Shown: positions 1 through 8,856, counted from the first letter of the stretch. The stretch: DNA of 41,459 bases from Gammaproteobacteria bacterium (GCA_013002045.1 JABDKV010000058.1:1-41459), one strand, 5' to 3'. Translations and numbers: made by a program. Notes: generated by a model from the sequence alone, not told the origin.

Positions 1-137
1 TCCATGGCCTGAGCGGATCGGGGGCGTCTTGCTCGGGCGTCCTGCTTCGCTCGCCGCCCACGACGCTTCGAACAGGGGGCAGCCATTAACGGGACAGACC
101 TCGTGGGGCGGGGTGGGTTGGCTTCGAGGGAGGTGTG

Positions 138-287
138 GTCGGGGAGATTGTTCCGAGGTTGGGGTTGGTTGGCTTCGATTATCGCGGCTGAAGCCGCTCC
201 TACCGGGAGGGGCGGTCGGAGAGATTCCCGGAAGGTTGGGGTTTATGGACGTTCGGGATCGCGGCTGAAGCCGCTCCTACGGGGAGG
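138..287. repeat. Two tandem ~75-nt units, each ending in a REP-like palindromic element ATCGCGGCTGAAGCCGCTCCTAC
   Basis: Unit 1 (about 138-210) and unit 2 (about 211-287) align by eye (GGAGAGATT..CCG.AGGTTGGGGTT...ATCGCGGCTGAAGCCGCTCCTAC.GGGAGG). Hairpins GCGGC-TGAA-GCCGC lie at 184-197 and 261-274. Confidence 0.8.
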
Positions 288-300
288 TGCGCGCAGCGCG

Positions 301-370
301 CGTAGGAGGGGCATCAGCTCCGATTGATAGCGAAATCGCGGTAGCGCTCGGGACTGAAGTCCCTCCTACG
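301..370. repeat. Degenerate REP-like copies in opposed orientation
   Basis: 301-324 CGTAGGAGGGGCATCAGCTCCGAT resembles the reverse complement of the canonical element. 350-370 GGGAC-TGAA-GTCCC-TCCTACG is a forward-orientation variant hairpin. Confidence 0.65.
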
Positions 371-501
371 GCGGCTGCGCCGCCTTGGCGCGGTGGGTTG
401 CGGGTGGGGGAGGGTTGGTGGCCGGGGTTTTGGTGCGAGTGGGGCATTTTGGTGGCTGGGCTGTTGCCAATCGGGGGCGAAGTGGCGAGAATGCGGCGGC
501 C

Positions 502-591
502 GGAGAGGTGGCAGAGCGGTTGAATGCACTGGTCTTGAAAACCAGCAAGGGCTAGCGCCCTTCGAGGGTTCGAATCCCTCCCTCTCCGCCA
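502..591 (+). tRNA. tRNA-Ser (anticodon TGA)
   Basis: Acceptor GGAGAGG/CCTCTCC, anticodon loop CTTGAAA, long variable arm, T-loop GGTTCGAATCC, encoded CCA. Confidence 0.93.
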
Positions 592-719
592 GTATTCAAC
601 TTAAGAGCGGGTTGCAGTTCACATATTAACTCATTGATCCGTCGATATTTTTTACAGGGCAGCATTATGCTCTGCGAGTCTGCCTGCTAACCACCTGATT
701 TGGCTGAACACGGCGCGAT

Positions 720-735
720 TGGCCCGTTTCCTGCA
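720..735 (+). promoter_or_regulatory. Candidate sigma-54 (-24/-12) promoter for the EPS export operon
   Basis: TGGCCCGTTTCCTGCA versus consensus TGGCAC-N5-TTGCA. GG and GC have the correct 12-nt register, with one mismatch in each half. It lies about 290 nt upstream of the first CDS. Confidence 0.4.
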
Positions 736-1024
736 ACGAGGTACGCGTTGTTTGGGGGATTCGCCCGTCAGCCGGAGTCCCGGCGGGCTGAGGTGGTCAA
801 CGACAGGTTTCGACACCGGTGCGTCGAATCAGGTCATTCGGAGACAGGTCGGTCCAGGTGTGGCCGACGGACATTACGTGAATAAGGGTAGCGCTTACCT
901 GTTAAATTACGGGAACTTAAGCGCGCTTCCTGGACGTTTCTGTATTGCCAGAGAATCGCAATCTCTGTACGCTGGAGCGTTCCCCGGCAGCCCCCCAATC
1001 ATGTCTTTCAGGAGCATTGTCAAG

Positions 1025-1597
1025 ATGAGGATTTCGATGAGGCGTTTAATGTCGCTTTTTTGCCTGGCAGCAGTTTGTTGCAGCGCGCCGCTCACCGCGG
1101 CCGAAAGCGATGACGGTTACGGCCTCAATCCCGGCGACATATTACAGGTGTCAGTGTGGCGCGAGCCTGAACTGAGTCGCGAGGTCCTGGTACGTCCCGA
1201 TGGCAAGATTAATTTCCCGCTAGTTGGCGATATCGATGTTGCCGACCGCACGCCGGAAGATGTGCAGGTCGAACTGATCGAGCGCTTAGAGCGCTTCATC
1301 CCTGACGCCGTCGCCACCGTTGCCGTCCTCAATGTGGCTGGTAACAAGATTTACATACTCGGCAAGGTGGCACGTCCGGGTGAGTTCCCGGTTACCGGCC
1401 AGGTCGATGTAATGCAGGCACTGGCAATGGCTGGTGGGCTCAATCAGTTTGCAGCCGGAAACAAGATCAAGATTCTGCGACGCGATCAGAACAATGTGCA
1501 GCGCGCGATCGAATTTCGCTACGGCGATGTCGAAGATGGTCGTAGCCTGCAATCCAATATCATGCTGGAGAGTGGTGACGTTGTTGTCGTTCCGTAA
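1025..1597 (+). CDS. Periplasmic polysaccharide export protein (Wza/Poly_export + SLBB; PEP-CTERM-locus EpsE-like)
   Basis: Signal peptide MRISMRRLMSLFCLAAVCCSAPLTA. Motifs PGDILQVSVWREPELS, VRPDGKINFPLVGDIDVA, KIYILGKVARPGEF. AGGAG Shine-Dalgarno at 1010-1014 favours the ATG at 1025 over the track start at 719. Confidence 0.85.
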   Translation: MRISMRRLMSLFCLAAVCCSAPLTAAESDDGYGLNPGDILQVSVWREPELSREVLVRPDGKINFPLVGDIDVADRTPEDVQVELIERLERFIPDAVATVAVLNVAGNKIYILGKVARPGEFPVTGQVDVMQALAMAGGLNQFAAGNKIKILRRDQNNVQRAIEFRYGDVEDGRSLQSNIMLESGDVVVVP

Positions 1598-2795
1598 CAA
1601 CTTTCTGCTGATACTCGGTTTGCTGCTGGCCATGCCGGTAGCGGCGGTCGAGTACACACTGCTGCCGTCGGTCATGCAGCGCGCCTACTATGACAGCAAT
1701 ATCGTGCTGGCGCCGGTCGATCTGGAAGAGGTTTTTTCATACGAGGTGGCACCGTCGCTGTTGCTGCGTGCACGCGACCCCGGCTATAGCCTCGATGTGC
1801 GTGGCACGCTGCGTACTTCCCAGGTTTCAAACAGTAACTATGAGAGTGACGACCAGTTGTTCGCACTGGATTTCGAGCGTATGGGAGAACGTTCACGACT
1901 TGAGGTGTCGCTCGACGCCGATCGCGTTTCGACGTTGTCCCAGGCCGAGCAGCTGGGTGTTTCACTGCAGGCACTGCGCGCGGAAAATTATTCCGCCCGC
2001 GCCAACTACACCCAGTTACTGAGCGAACGAAACTCTGTCGGTGTGGGAGCCAACTGGGGGCGCTCAAACTACGATTCGCGCTCACGCTTCTCCGATTACG
2101 ACTCGATCGGTTACGACCTGTCGTACCTGCGCCAACTTACAGAGTCATCGACACTGAGTGTGGTTGCCTACCAGTCCGACTACGAGTTTGGCGGCGTCGA
2201 TTCGGAAACCCGCGGATTGCAGGTGGCCTACGATCGCTCGGTTAACCAGCGACTGTCTACCTTTGGCCTGATCGGGGCACGCGACGTCGAAACACGCTAC
2301 CCGCAGTTTTGCGATTTTTTCTCAGCCATCTTCGGTCTGTGTGATTTTGGTGAGGAAATCGGTGCGTTTGTTTCTGACAGCTCAGGATTCACCGGCCGCG
2401 TCGGCTTCGATTACCAGGGTGAGGTGTACCAGTTGGGTGCGTCCTACGAACGTACATTGCAACCGAATTCGCTAATAGGCGGACTGCTCGAGAGTGATCG
2501 TATCAACCTCAATGGCAGTCGCCAGATCGGCCCCCGCCTGCACGTCGATCTTGTCGCAGAATTCTTCAATGAAGATGCTGTCGACGAAATCAGCTTCGAT
2601 CGCTCCCGGTCACGAATCAATGTGGGACTGCGCTGGCGTATGGCCGAGCGCTGGACGCTGCGTACGATGCTGCGACACCGGATGCGCAAGGACGAGCGCC
2701 TGCTCGGCGGTGTCCCGGTCGAATTCGATCCGGACAGTACGGCGCTCATTATGCAACTGAATTATTCACATCCACGTATGCAGTGGTCGCGCTGA
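1572..2795 (+). CDS. Predicted outer-membrane beta-barrel protein of the PEP-CTERM EPS locus
   Basis: GTG starts at 1572/1575 give the signal peptide (M)TLLSFRNNFLLILGLLLAMPVAA. The body is rich in Y/S/D/R/G with an alternating pattern. It sits between the exporter and the chain-length determinant. The start is uncertain (TTG at 1581/1584 is also possible). Confidence 0.55.
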   Translation: MVTLLSFRNNFLLILGLLLAMPVAAVEYTLLPSVMQRAYYDSNIVLAPVDLEEVFSYEVAPSLLLRARDPGYSLDVRGTLRTSQVSNSNYESDDQLFALDFERMGERSRLEVSLDADRVSTLSQAEQLGVSLQALRAENYSARANYTQLLSERNSVGVGANWGRSNYDSRSRFSDYDSIGYDLSYLRQLTESSTLSVVAYQSDYEFGGVDSETRGLQVAYDRSVNQRLSTFGLIGARDVETRYPQFCDFFSAIFGLCDFGEEIGAFVSDSSGFTGRVGFDYQGEVYQLGASYERTLQPNSLIGGLLESDRINLNGSRQIGPRLHVDLVAEFFNEDAVDEISFDRSRSRINVGLRWRMAERWTLRTMLRHRMRKDERLLGGVPVEFDPDSTALIMQLNYSHPRMQWSR

Positions 2796-2815
2796 CCCTG
2801 TAGTAGAGGTGCAAA

Positions 2816-4582
2816 GTGGAAACTAACGAAAACAGTTTAAAAGATTATTTGGCCGTTCTGCGTCGTCGCAAGGGGCTGATGATAATTACTTTCTTTTCGT
2901 TGCTGGTGATCTCGATCATCGCGGCATTCCTGTGGCCACCGACCTATCGTTCGACGGCAACGATTCTGATTCGTGACCAGGAGATTCCGCGTGACCTGGT
3001 GCCATCGACCATTACCAGCTTTGCTGACCAGCGCCTTATGGAAATTCAGGCGCGAGTGGTGACCTCGGCCAACCTGATCAAGCTGATCGAAGACTTTGAT
3101 CTGTATCCGGACCTGCGTCGACGCCTGCCGGCGACCGAGGTCGTCGATGAAATGCGCGACGACTATTCGCTCGACCTGGTTAGTGCCGACGTGATCGATC
3201 CACGCACCGGGCGACCCACTCAGGCGACGATTCTTTTCACGTTGTCGTTTGATTACGAGACGCCCGCTATCGCGCAGCAGGTAGCCAATCGTCTCGTCGA
3301 CCTGTATCTCGCAGAGAACCTGCGTGATCGAACCGAGCGTGCGCAGGAAACCACCAGCTTCCTGACTGAGCAGGCGGAAAAGCTGGCCCGCGAAATCGGT
3401 ACGCTGGAGGAGCGCATGTCGCGCTTCAAACAGCAGAATGCAGGTGCACTGCCAGAGCTCTATTCCATTAACCTGCAGATGATGGATCGCACCGAGGCTG
3501 AACTGCGCGAGATACAGCGCCAGATCCGGGTCAACAACGAGGCCCTGATCTACCTGCAGTCGGAACTGGCAACCACACCGAAGGCGGCGCCTATATATAG
3601 TCGCGAGGGCACGGTATTGCCACCCGATCAGCAACTGTCGGCGCTGCAATCGCAATACGCCACCCTTAGCGCCAGCTACGGACCCAATCACCCCGATGTG
3701 GCCTCGATAAGACGTCAGATCGAAGCGCTGAAAGGCGAGGTCGGTGAGGTCACCGATATCGGCGCCCTCGAGACGCAGATGCAGACGGTGCTGGTGGAAC
3801 TGGAAGGCTATCGGGATCGTTATGGTCCGGAACATCCTGACGTGCGCCGACTCGACCGCCAGTATGAGCGCCTGACCGCTGAACGTGATGCGGCGCTGGA
3901 AGCGCAGGTAGCCGGGTCTGATAGTGGTGGCGGATCCGTTGATTCCGGAAATTCGGTGTCGAATCCGAGTTACGTTGCTCTTTCAGCGCGGTTGGCTGCA
4001 GCGCAAGCGGAACAACGCGCCTTGCAGATACGCCAGCAGCAGCTGGCGGACAAGATGGCCAATTACGAAACCCGACTGGTAGCGGCGCCGGAAGTCGAAC
4101 GGGAGTTTAGCGAAATTATCCGTGACCTCGATAATGCCCGCGCCAAGTACCAGGAGATTCGCTCCAAGCAGCTGGCAGCCGAAGTTTCAGAAAGCCTCGA
4201 GCAGGGTCGTAAGGGTGAGCGCTTTGAAGTCGTTGACCCGGCGATGTTACCAACGCTGCCGCATACCCCGAACCGGCTGGCCCTGTTATTCCTGGGCCTG
4301 GTCCTGTCGATGGCCGGCTCGATCGGTACTACTGCGGTATCGGAAAGTATGGATAGCTCAGTGCACAGCCCCAATGCGCTGGCGAAGCTGACCGGGATTG
4401 CGCCGATTGCGACCATCCCAATGATCGAAAATGAGATCGATGTACGGCAAAAACGTCGCCGCATGTGGATGATTATCGGTGGGGTGAGCGCGGCTGTGCT
4501 GATAACCGCCTTGCTCGTCAATTTCCTCTATAAACCGCTCGATGTGTTGTGGTTTATTCTCCTCCGTAAGCTCGGTATCTGA
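2816..4582 (+). CDS. Polysaccharide chain-length determinant (Wzz/GumC-like, PEP-CTERM-locus EpsF-like)
   Basis: N-terminal TM (LMIITFFSLLVISIIAAFLW) followed by PPTYRSTATILI, a long coiled-coil periplasmic region and C-terminal TM helices. GTG start preceded by GAGGT. Confidence 0.85.
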   Translation: METNENSLKDYLAVLRRRKGLMIITFFSLLVISIIAAFLWPPTYRSTATILIRDQEIPRDLVPSTITSFADQRLMEIQARVVTSANLIKLIEDFDLYPDLRRRLPATEVVDEMRDDYSLDLVSADVIDPRTGRPTQATILFTLSFDYETPAIAQQVANRLVDLYLAENLRDRTERAQETTSFLTEQAEKLAREIGTLEERMSRFKQQNAGALPELYSINLQMMDRTEAELREIQRQIRVNNEALIYLQSELATTPKAAPIYSREGTVLPPDQQLSALQSQYATLSASYGPNHPDVASIRRQIEALKGEVGEVTDIGALETQMQTVLVELEGYRDRYGPEHPDVRRLDRQYERLTAERDAALEAQVAGSDSGGGSVDSGNSVSNPSYVALSARLAAAQAEQRALQIRQQQLADKMANYETRLVAAPEVEREFSEIIRDLDNARAKYQEIRSKQLAAEVSESLEQGRKGERFEVVDPAMLPTLPHTPNRLALLFLGLVLSMAGSIGTTAVSESMDSSVHSPNALAKLTGIAPIATIPMIENEIDVRQKRRRMWMIIGGVSAAVLITALLVNFLYKPLDVLWFILLRKLGI

Positions 4583-4608
4583 CCGGCCAAACCAAGTGCA
4601 ATAGAACA

Positions 4609-5427
4609 ATGGAACGAATCAAGGAAGCCCTCGACCGGGCGCGGCAACAACGCGAAGCCGACAATCATGCGGCTCCGGCCAAAGCAGCGCCCGAGGTTGG
4701 CAGGCCCGCCTCATCCGGGCTCGATATCGCGTACACCAGGACACGTGTGCTGACACCCGACCCGGTGGTCATGCGTGATTCGAAGCTGATCGGCTTCGGG
4801 CAAAGCGGCGATGTAGTGACTGACGCCTACCGCATGCTGCGTACCCGCACATTGCGGGCGATGGACGACAATGGCTGGCACTCGCTGGCCGTAACCAGTC
4901 CATGTCCGGGCGAGGGTAAGAGTCTCACTGCAATCAATCTCGCCATGAGCATGGCGCGGGAGATCAATCGCACCGTGTTGCTGGTCGACCTGGACTTGCG
5001 TCGACCCAGCGTGCACAAGTTTTTTGGTTTCGACATCGAGCACGGCATCAGTGAATACCTCACCGAAGATGTGGCGCTGGAAGATGTGCTGATCAATCCT
5101 GCGGTCGAGCGCTTTGTCATCCTCCCCGGGAGTGGCAGGGTGCAAAACTCATCCGAGTTGCTGAATTCACCTCGCATGCGGGCGCTGGCCAGTGAACTGG
5201 CGCAGCGCTATCCGGAACGCATCGTGATTTATGACCTGCCGCCGGTATTGGCGGTCGATGACGCCCTGGCCTTCTCGTCGCTGGTCGATGCCTTCATGCT
5301 GGTCGTCGAAGAGGGTTCGACACAGGCAGAGGACATCGTTGCAGCACATGACGTGTTATCGCAGGCCAATATTGTCGGCACGGTGCTGAACAAGGCGGCT
5401 GAATCCCAGGGTCACTACTACTACTGA
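4609..5427 (+). CDS. BY-kinase-type protein-tyrosine kinase / chain-length co-determinant (EpsG-like)
   Basis: Walker A SPCPGEGKS, Walker A' VLLVDLDLRRP, Walker B IVIYDLPP. The C-terminus ends GHYYY. Confidence 0.85.
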   Translation: MERIKEALDRARQQREADNHAAPAKAAPEVGRPASSGLDIAYTRTRVLTPDPVVMRDSKLIGFGQSGDVVTDAYRMLRTRTLRAMDDNGWHSLAVTSPCPGEGKSLTAINLAMSMAREINRTVLLVDLDLRRPSVHKFFGFDIEHGISEYLTEDVALEDVLINPAVERFVILPGSGRVQNSSELLNSPRMRALASELAQRYPERIVIYDLPPVLAVDDALAFSSLVDAFMLVVEEGSTQAEDIVAAHDVLSQANIVGTVLNKAAESQGHYYY

Positions 5428-5439
5428 CGAAGGCCGACG

Positions 5440-6306
5440 ATGTACGAGTCCTTTTACGGATTTGAGGAAAAACCATTTTCCCTGTTGCCCGACCCGGCAT
5501 TTCTGTACCTGGGTCGTAAACATCGTATGGCGTTGACCATGTTGCAGTACGGCCTGATGAATAATGCCGGATTCACCGTTATCACTGGCGAAATCGGCTC
5601 AGGCAAAACGACACTGATCCGCCAGCTACTCGACGAGATCGAGGCCGATGTGACCGTCGGCCTGATCACCAACACCCACGAGTCCTTCGGTGACCTGTTG
5701 CAGTGGGTATTGATGGCTTACGGTCTTGAGTACAAGGGTAAGGAAAAAGTCGAGCTCTACGAGACTTTTGTTGAGTTCGTTGTCAACGAGTACGCCGAGG
5801 GTCGGCGGGCTGTGCTGATAATCGACGAGGCACAGAACCTGTCACCGAAAACGCTCGAAGAACTGCGCATGTTGTCCAACGTCAACGCTGACAAGAACCA
5901 GGTTTTACAGATGATCATGGTGGGGCAGCCTGAGCTCCGTACGATGTTGATGTTGCCGAGTCTGAAGCAGTTCGCGCAGCGGGTGTCCGTCAGTCATCAC
6001 CTGGATCCGCTCAACTCCGAAGAAACGGTCAAGTACATTCACCATCGCGTATCGGTCGCTGGTGGCGATCCGGCGGTTTTTCCGCCAAAGAGTTGCTCGT
6101 TGATCTGGTATTACAGTCGCGGCGTGCCTCGCGTGATCAACTCACTTTGCGATACCGCGCTGGTTTACGGATTCGCCGAGCAGCGCAAGGAAATCGAGCC
6201 GGAGTTGATCAAGGATGTGGTCCGCGATCGCAAGGCTGGGGGTCTTTTCCCCACTCGCGAGGACGAACCACCGGTGCAACCGACCGGGACAGACGACGGG
6301 GCCTGA
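5440..6306 (+). CDS. ExeA-like AAA+ ATPase (PEP-CTERM-locus putative secretion ATPase)
   Basis: FGFEEKPFSLLPDPAFLYLGRKH N-terminal signature, Walker A GEIGSGKT, Walker B VLIIDEAQ, GVPRVINSLCD. Confidence 0.85.
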   Translation: MYESFYGFEEKPFSLLPDPAFLYLGRKHRMALTMLQYGLMNNAGFTVITGEIGSGKTTLIRQLLDEIEADVTVGLITNTHESFGDLLQWVLMAYGLEYKGKEKVELYETFVEFVVNEYAEGRRAVLIIDEAQNLSPKTLEELRMLSNVNADKNQVLQMIMVGQPELRTMLMLPSLKQFAQRVSVSHHLDPLNSEETVKYIHHRVSVAGGDPAVFPPKSCSLIWYYSRGVPRVINSLCDTALVYGFAEQRKEIEPELIKDVVRDRKAGGLFPTREDEPPVQPTGTDDGA

Positions 6307-6380
6307 ATCGGACGGCCGAACTTTATACAATGTCACGAACGATGGCGCATTCAGCGCCTTTTTATATTTTGAGGTTAATC

Positions 6381-8810
6381 ATGTTGAATATGCGTAATGT
6401 CCTGATACTGCTGGCTGCACTGGTGACTGTCGCCTGCAGCGGCCCCGAGCAGAGGGCAGACAAGTACATGGCCAAGGCGAATGCCTCGTTCGAGGCGGGT
6501 GATTTCGTCAAGGCTGAACTCGATGCCAAGAATACGCTGCAGATCGAGCCACAGAACGCCGATGCCCGTATGTTGCTGGCAAAAATCGCCGAGCAGGAAC
6601 TGCTGACGAACCCGGATAAGTGGCGCGAGATGATGGCGCAGTTGCAGCGTGTGGTCGAACTGGACCCGCAGAATGTTGAGGCGCGCATCAAACTGGCACA
6701 GCTGTATATGCGCTTTATCGCCAACGCGTCGGACAAGCAGCAGATCTTTGACATGATCCGTGACCAGGTCGAGTCGGCCAAGGCAGTCAAGCCTGACGAC
6801 AGCACAGTGCAGACTCTTGAGACCATGCTGGCTTATCACGAGGCCAACGATGCCGGTGACAGTGAAGCAGTCGCAGCGGCGATTGCCCGCGCTGACGCTT
6901 TATTCGATGAGGACCCAACCAACCTGCTGGCGACCAGCTTCCTCGCAGGCTACTACGCCGCTAGCGATAAAGACCTGGCAGTCAGCTATATCGACAGGTC
7001 ACTCGAAGTTGACAAGCAGCCGGCCCTGCGCGTGTTGAAAATCGGCTTGATGCAGGCAGGTGACGATCTGGCCGGCGCCGAACAGGAATACAAGAAGCTG
7101 ATCGAGGAGAATCCGGAGAACGACGAGGTCAAGTACGGGCTGGTGCGCTTCTATGCCGAGAGCGGCCAGGCGGAGAAGGCCGAGTCCATGCTGCGGGACC
7201 TGGTAGCCGCGGACGATGACAACGCCGAAGCCAAGCTGCAGCTGGCTCGTTTCAAGGCGCGCAGTGGTGATGTCGACGGTGCGGAGCAAATACTGCGAGC
7301 GGCCATGGAAGCCCACCCGGACAATTACGACTTTCCGTTCACGTTGTCACAATTGCATTTGCAGCAGGAACGCCAGGAGGCTGCCGAAGAATTGCTGAAC
7401 GAGATCAGCGAAAGCGCAGGCGCCACCGATGACGGCCTCAAGGCGCGTAACCAAATGGCACGGATACGGCTCTCGCAGGAACGCAAGGCCGATGCCGAGG
7501 CTATTATCGACACCGTTCTCGAAGACGAGGCTGCCAACTCCAGCGCGCTGCTCATGAAAGCGGCACTGCAACTCGAACGCTCGGAAACCGACAGCGCCAT
7601 TGCCAACCTGCGGACAGCGTTGCGCAATGATCCGACGTCAGAGCAGGCATTGACGCTGCTGGCGCGCGCGCAGATTGTGGCAAACGACTATGACCTGGCC
7701 AAGGTGACCTACCAGCGACTGGTTGCCGCGCACCCCAACAATGCGGCCGCCCGTCGGGAGCTGGCGCGACTGATGTCACGCGAACGGCAATGGGACGAAT
7801 TACGCAACCTGTTGGTCGACGGTATTGCACGTCATCCCGATGACGTACAGATGACGCGGATGCTGGTGGATACCCTGATCCGGGTCAATGACTGGGATAC
7901 GGCCCAGGTACAGGCTGACCGGATTGTCGATAAAGAGGAAACGCGTCCGCTGGGACTGTACCTGCAAGGTCGCATCCACCAGGCTCGCGGCCGCTACCAG
8001 CAGTCGATCGACGCCTTCAAGCAGGCACTCGAGTTGCAGCCGCGGGCAATCGAACCGTTAACCAACCTCGTGCGTAGCTACGTCGCGATGGACGACCTCG
8101 ACCAGGCTGCGGCCGATATTGAAGAGTTCCTGGCCAATAATGACAACCACGTTCACGCCCAGACCTTATTGGCCGAGGTATATGCCCGCCAGCAGCGTTG
8201 GAGCGATGCGATTGCGGCCAACGATACGGCGCTCAACATCGATGCACGCTGGGTACCGGCTTATCGCAACCTGATTGGATTGCACTTGCTGCGTGGCGAT
8301 TTCAACGAGGCGGAAAAGGCCGCGAATGGCGCGCTCGAGGTTTTGCCCGAGAACGCTGACCTGCGAATGCTGCTGGCGACGGTCTACGAACGCCAGGAGC
8401 GCTTTGACGAGGCCATCGAGATTTATGCAGAGGAGATTCGTCGCAACCCCGATTCGGAGATTGCAATAAACAACTTCGCCGCACTGGTTTCCGACCATAC
8501 TTCCGATCCGGCCAGGCTGGGGCGTGCTTTGCAACTGGCGCAGCGTTTTCGCAACGCCGACAATCCAGTGTTCCTCGATACGCTGGGATGGTTGATGTAT
8601 CGCAATGGCCAGTTCGACGATGCGGTGAAGGTGCTGGAGCAGGCTGTTGATGGCGCGCCCGGCGAGCCGCAACTGCGTTACCACCTCGGAATGGCCTATT
8701 ACGCCGTCGACCGGCTTGAGGGCGCGAAAAGCGAGCTGCAGGCCGCTGTCGCCGCCGATCGTGCCTTCGTCGGCCTCGAGGAAGCGCGCCAGACCCTGGA
8801 ACTACTGTAG
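6381..8810 (+). CDS. Large TPR-repeat lipoprotein (PrsT-like, PEP-CTERM system)
   Basis: Start at ATG 6381 (GAGG at 6371-6374). Lipobox LVTVAC. About 800 aa of tandem TPR-like repeats. The upstream part of track ORF 6093-8810 overlaps the ATPase gene and is rejected. Confidence 0.8.
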   Translation: MLNMRNVLILLAALVTVACSGPEQRADKYMAKANASFEAGDFVKAELDAKNTLQIEPQNADARMLLAKIAEQELLTNPDKWREMMAQLQRVVELDPQNVEARIKLAQLYMRFIANASDKQQIFDMIRDQVESAKAVKPDDSTVQTLETMLAYHEANDAGDSEAVAAAIARADALFDEDPTNLLATSFLAGYYAASDKDLAVSYIDRSLEVDKQPALRVLKIGLMQAGDDLAGAEQEYKKLIEENPENDEVKYGLVRFYAESGQAEKAESMLRDLVAADDDNAEAKLQLARFKARSGDVDGAEQILRAAMEAHPDNYDFPFTLSQLHLQQERQEAAEELLNEISESAGATDDGLKARNQMARIRLSQERKADAEAIIDTVLEDEAANSSALLMKAALQLERSETDSAIANLRTALRNDPTSEQALTLLARAQIVANDYDLAKVTYQRLVAAHPNNAAARRELARLMSRERQWDELRNLLVDGIARHPDDVQMTRMLVDTLIRVNDWDTAQVQADRIVDKEETRPLGLYLQGRIHQARGRYQQSIDAFKQALELQPRAIEPLTNLVRSYVAMDDLDQAAADIEEFLANNDNHVHAQTLLAEVYARQQRWSDAIAANDTALNIDARWVPAYRNLIGLHLLRGDFNEAEKAANGALEVLPENADLRMLLATVYERQERFDEAIEIYAEEIRRNPDSEIAINNFAALVSDHTSDPARLGRALQLAQRFRNADNPVFLDTLGWLMYRNGQFDDAVKVLEQAVDGAPGEPQLRYHLGMAYYAVDRLEGAKSELQAAVAADRAFVGLEEARQTLELL

Positions 8811-8828
8811 ACCGAGCCGCAGAGACGG

Positions 8829-8856
8829 GCGTAGGAGCGGCTTCAGCCGCGATTAC
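8829..8856. repeat. REP-like element (reverse orientation)
   Basis: CGTAGGAGCGGCTTCAGCCGCGAT, the exact reverse complement of the core at 181-203, located 20 nt after the TPR lipoprotein stop. Confidence 0.85.

Noticed and set aside
138-370. Possible CRISPR array, suggested by repeated ~25-nt palindromic units.
   Set aside because: There are only about four copies, in mixed orientations, with irregular spacing and flanks that are themselves repeated. Identical copies also occur singly at 8829 and 41426. This is REP behaviour, not a repeat-spacer array, and no cas genes are present.
29-629. Several 60-79-aa ORFs on both strands across the first 600 nt (for example 29-268, 103-327, 287-523, 393-629).
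   Set aside because: They are translations of the REP/tandem-repeat cluster and of tRNA-Ser. They give the repetitive 'SRLKPLL/AAEAAPT'-type peptides typical of spurious ORFs over REP elements, and they have no Shine-Dalgarno or start context.
719-1024. N-terminal 102-aa extension of the polysaccharide exporter ORF (TTG at 719).
   Set aside because: The extension has no signal peptide or domain logic. A good AGGAG plus the ATG at 1025 gives a canonical signal peptide. The extension instead overlaps the sigma-54-like site and the structured leader.
2837-3835. 332-aa minus-strand ORF antisense to the chain-length determinant. Similar long antisense or alternate-frame ORFs occur at 8302-8910, 11977-12648, 13297-14106, 14209-14916, 24694-25497, 26260-27066, 28171-28914, 31696-32481 and 38039-38710.
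   Set aside because: These are shadow ORFs of a high-GC genome. Each lies entirely within a confidently identified gene on the other strand or frame, has Arg/Gly/His-rich low-complexity composition and shows no recognisable motifs.
6093-6380. 96-aa upstream extension of the TPR lipoprotein ORF.
   Set aside because: It overlaps the 3' end of the ATPase gene in another frame and is Arg/Gly-rich junk. ATG 6381 has a GAGG and yields a lipoprotein signal peptide.
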